Both the position numbers and the translations under genes were made by a program. A stretch of DNA of 64,000 nucleotides from Eledone cirrhosa (lineage: Eukaryota). The notes under the pieces are model-generated. The model saw nothing but the letters and a program-made list of their open reading frames with translations. It was not told where the DNA came from and ran no database searches. Positions 59,097 to 64,000 of the stretch are shown here, one piece after another. Location of the stretch: the NCBI GenBank assembly GCA_964016885.1, contig OZ024740.1:423894001-423958000 (forward strand). The letters are read 5' to 3'. Numbering within the stretch: the stretch's first letter is position 1; the number at the start of each line of letters is the position of its first letter.

Positions 59097-59442
59097 TGGA
59101 GGCACATGGCTTAGTGGTTAGAGCATTGGCCTTGCAATCGAAAGGTTGTGAGTTCAATTCTCAGACCGGGTGATGTGTTGTTTCCTTGAGCAAGACACTT
59201 TATTTCACATTGCTCCAGTTTACTCAGCTGTAGAAATGAGATGATAGGGACTGGGGTCCCTATCATTCCACTGCAAAGTGGACGTGGAGGTGCCACGGCA
59301 AAAAAGCACCCAGCACTCACTGTAAATGAGGTTGGTGTTAGGAAGGGCATCCAACTGTAGAAATCAAGCCAGAATCAGTTCCCGTTCCCACCCTTGCAAG
59401 CAGGGAAAAAGCGGACATAAAATGGAATGATGATGATGATGA

Positions 59443-59445
<3 letters not shown>
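59097..59445 (+). mobile_element. Full-length tRNA-derived SINE (copy of 15262-15598)
   Basis: A/B boxes, CORE-like domain, RTE-derived body and tail. Confidence 0.88.
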
Positions 59446-59501
<56 letters not shown>

Positions 59502-59502
59502 A

Positions 59503-59551
<49 letters not shown>

Positions 59552-59567
59552 ATGTATATGTATATAT

Positions 59568-61449
59568 ATCATCATCATCATCATCATCAACATTTAACGT
59601 CCGTGTTCCACGCTTGCATGGGTTTGGACGGGGGTAGTCCCACTTGAGGCAAGAGTGGTTGTCTTGCTCGCATAGGACTGCCTGGCAGGTTTTCTACAGT
59701 TGGATGCCCTTCCTAACACCAACCACATTTACAGTGTGGGTCTGGGAGGTTTTTACCGTGTTGCCTACACGGCCACATTACAGCGTGGACTGTGTGTTTT
59801 TTTGTCGTGACACCTACACGATCTCATTTGTTTCGGCCTCGATGGCGCGGCACCAACATAACTTTACATAGAACGGGGTGGTGTGGATGGGGTGGGGGTG
59901 GGGGTGGTGGGACGGGGTGTATTTTGTTAGAGATGCCTACTGGCTGGAGTAGGTTTTACTATATATTTAGGTAAGGCGCGTCTTCTCTGTTACTGAGTAC
60001 CGCCAAAGGTCTCGGTCCAGTGACATTGTCTTGGAGAGGTGTAAGTGTGTGATGTCGGAGTTTATCAGCTCGTCCCAGGTTTTTCTAGGTCTGCCTATTC
60101 CGTGACTACCGTCTATCTTTATTGCCCTGCACTTTGTTATACAGCTATCGACTTTCATGCGCATCACGTGTCCATACCAACGTAGCCTTCTCTCGAGTAA
60201 ACAACATCTGATCCCTCTTATCTCTAATTTTTTCCTTAGTTCGTTTATGCTTTGCCGTTCACGTATATTACTGTTACACATCCAGCGGAGCATGCAAGCT
60301 TCGTTCCTCTCTAGTCTGCGTATATCCTCTGCACACAATGCCCAGGTCTCACTGCCATGCAACATTGCTGTTCGTATGCAGGCATCGTACAACCTGCCTT
60401 TCATTTTTAGGGAGAACCCTTTAGCAGCTAATAGTGGTATAAGCTCTCTGAACTTTTTCCAACCAGTTCTGACTCTAGCTACAGTACTTTCAGAGCACCC
60501 TCCCCCACTGCTGATTTTATCGCCCAGGTAACGGAAGCTGTCCACTATTTCTATAGAACCCTCTGCGCAATTGAAAGAGCTAGTATTTTGTGGGCACTTG
60601 CTGCTACTTATTGCACCAGAGCACCGGCCACATGTAAAATCTATGTTCTTAGTTAGCTTACCTGTGATCCCACTACATCTTTTATGCACCCATACTTTGC
60701 ATTTAGGACATAAAATGGAGTTTCTACCTACGCCTTTCCTACACACCGAGCACGACCATTTCCCAGAAGGGACCGCCGCCTTGTTTTCTTTCCTACAAAC
60801 TAGTACTTTGGTCTTAGCCAGGTTAATTTTAAGTCCTTTTGACTCTAGGCCGTGCTTCCATGTTTGGAATTTCTTCTCTAGCTCAGCCATTGATTCCGCT
60901 ATGAGTGTCAGGTCGTCTGCGTATAGGAGTTCCCATGGGCAGCCTGTCTTGAACTCCTCTGTTATAGCCTGAAGGGCAATAATAAATAGTAGTGGGCTGA
61001 GAACAGAGCCCTGATGGACGCCAACTTTTACGCTAAACTCTTCACTATATTCGTTGTTAATTCTAACCTTGCTGACTGTTTCTTTATACATGGCTTGTAT
61101 AGCCCTCACAAGCCATTCGTCAACGCCTAGTTTTCTAAGAGCCCACCAGATAATGGAGCGGGGGACTCTGTCGAAGGCTTTCTCCAAGTCGACAAAAGCT
61201 AAGTAGAGGGGTTTACCTTTAGCTAGGTACTTCTCCTGTAGTTGTCGTACTATGAAAAGAGCGTCTGTGGTACTTTTGCCTGACACAAACCCGAACTGCA
61301 TTTCATCTAGGTCAATTCTCTCTCTGATTAGTTGCGCTATTACTTTTTCCGTGACCTTCATGACCTGGTCGATTAATTTAATGCCTCTATAGTTACTCCT
61401 ATCTAGGGCGTCTCCTTTACCCTTATAACAGTTAACGATGATGCTGCTA
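59568..61449 (-). mobile_element. 5'-truncated RTE LINE (subfamily A) with uninterrupted RT to C-terminus frame (59967-61449)
   Basis: [43 protein letters not shown]-like finger, YLG, LRWYGHV; no stops in this stretch. Confidence 0.96.
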
Positions 61450-61983
<534 letters not shown>

Positions 61984-62001
61984 AGTAACAGTAATATATA
62001 T

Positions 62002-62684
62002 TGTAACAGTAATATACGTGAACGGCAAAGCATAAACGAACTAAGGAAAAAATTAGAGATAAGAGGGATCAGATGTTGTTTACTCGAGAGAAGGCTGCGT
62101 TGGTATGGACACGTGATGCGCATGAAAGTCGATAGCTGTATAACAAAGTGCAGGGCAATAAAGATAGACGGTAGCCACGGAATAGGCAGACCTAGAAAAA
62201 CATGGGATGAGCTGATAAACTCCGACCTCACACACTTACACCTCTCCAAGACAATGTCACTGGACCGAGACCTTTGGCGGTACTCAGTAACAGAGAAGAC
62301 CCGCCTTGCCAGTAGGCATCTCTAACAAACTACACCCCGTCCCGCCACCACCCCCACCCCATCCACACCACCCCGTTCTATGTAAAGTTATGTTGGTGCC
62401 GCGCCATCCAGGCCGAAACAAATGAGATCGTGTAGGTGTCACGACAAAAAAACACACAGTCCACGCTGTAATGTGGCCGTGTAGGCAACACGGTAAAAAC
62501 CTCCCAGACCCACACTGTAAATGTGGTTGGTGTTAGGAAGGGCATCCAGCTGTAGAAAACCCGCCAGACAGTCCTATGCGGGCAAGACAACCACTCTTGC
62601 CTCAAGTGGGACTACCCCCCGTCCAAACCCATGCAAGCGTGGAACACGGACGTTAAACGTTGATGATGATGATGATGATGATGA
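62002..62684 (+). mobile_element. 5'-truncated RTE LINE (subfamily A) with composite 3' UTR
   Basis: [14 protein letters not shown]...[13 protein letters not shown]; inverted relative to 59568-60277. Confidence 0.95.
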
Positions 62685-62714
62685 TATACATATATATATA
62701 CATATATATATATG

Positions 62715-62750
<36 letters not shown>

Positions 62751-62790
62751 TGTATATATATGTATATATATATATATATGTATATATATG

Positions 62791-62825
<35 letters not shown>

Positions 62826-62836
62826 GTATATATATG

Positions 62837-62974
<138 letters not shown>

Positions 62975-64000
62975 GTATTAGTTATACTATTTATGGTTAT
63001 GTAAACACAAAACCTTAAGCAGTTGTAAGTATTTTACACACACCCTAAATAGTGGTAGGCAGTAATGTATTACTACCTTATTACCAGGGAAAATACCCAT
63101 TTATACCTCTACGGCAGGTGTGACAACATCCACCCACTTGGACGGCACTACACCGCTCTAAGGGTAATTTGAGCATGAATTGATCGGTTGGATGGTGTTG
63201 GGCAGAGGAAATACCTTCCTTAGACAGATGTAAAATGATTTAATCGAGTAGCGCTGTTGACCAGTAGGATCGGGCTGCTGAGCGCAGTGAGTGAATGCAA
63301 TGCAACTGCCGTGCGGGTTGTACGTATATAGATGATCTGACGGTCAGAGAGGGGTCGCGAGGACTGCGGATTGACCTTTGGCTTGCCTGGGGACGATTAT
63401 CTTTCGACATCCAATGTAGCAAGCGATGACCCAGATCTTACCAGAGATCATTGGGTCCTGAAGCAATCCTGCAGTCACCGCGCCTGGTCATATGAGCAGA
63501 CTACAACCACAGAGATCATTAATTTAGAATCCTCACTCATCATCTATAATTTCCATTTGTAGCACCTTAAGATGGGTTAATCCACCTTAATAATAATATG
63601 ATCACCTTCAGCATAATTTAGTTAAACTACTCTATAGTTAGTACACTTTATGCTTTAAAAGTCTCTCTTGGAAGGTGCACCTCACCATAGAATTTAGGGT
63701 CTATATTGGGACACATTTTAATGGCTAGATATAGAAACCCCAGAGTTACCTCCCCGCATGCATTAACTCCCCTTAGCCACACACACACTTCCGGTATTCA
63801 ATGGCGTTTCTCGAAACGTAACAACCTCCTGTATCGAACTAAAGAACACCAGACTACGATCTCTAACTGGATTGTCGTGGATTATGTGAAAGGCATATAA
63901 TCGAAATATACACTCCCTTGACCATGAAAATGCCGAAGTACATGAATTACTTGACATCCCTGCGCTGTGCATCTCCAATACTTATAACACTTTTAATGCT

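Overview
Eukaryotic (animal) DNA, AT-rich and dominated by repeats. The repeat landscape (very long (TA)n arrays, RTE LINEs with (ATG)n tails, tRNA-derived SINEs, Penelope-like elements) resembles an octopus/coleoid cephalopod genome; this is inference, not a database result. The only host coding sequence I can support is one 148-bp minus-strand exon (19526-19673) of a PBX/extradenticle TALE homeobox gene, so most of the window is probably intronic. The rest is RTE LINE pieces of at least three subfamilies, SINEs, Penelope-like (GIY-YIG) fragments with hammerhead ribozymes, one cleanly inserted non-autonomous Helitron, old DNA-transposon remnants and mini/microsatellites. The most unusual feature is the architecture: retroelement fragments are joined by polarised (TA)n arrays, often with 3' tails facing outward, and accompanied by near-perfect fold-back hairpins, inverted copies of flanking DNA and a fixed-length 610-bp element present as an inverted pair. 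Nearly all long ORFs in the supplied track are repeat artefacts. All alignments were made by eye, so repeat boundaries are approximate.
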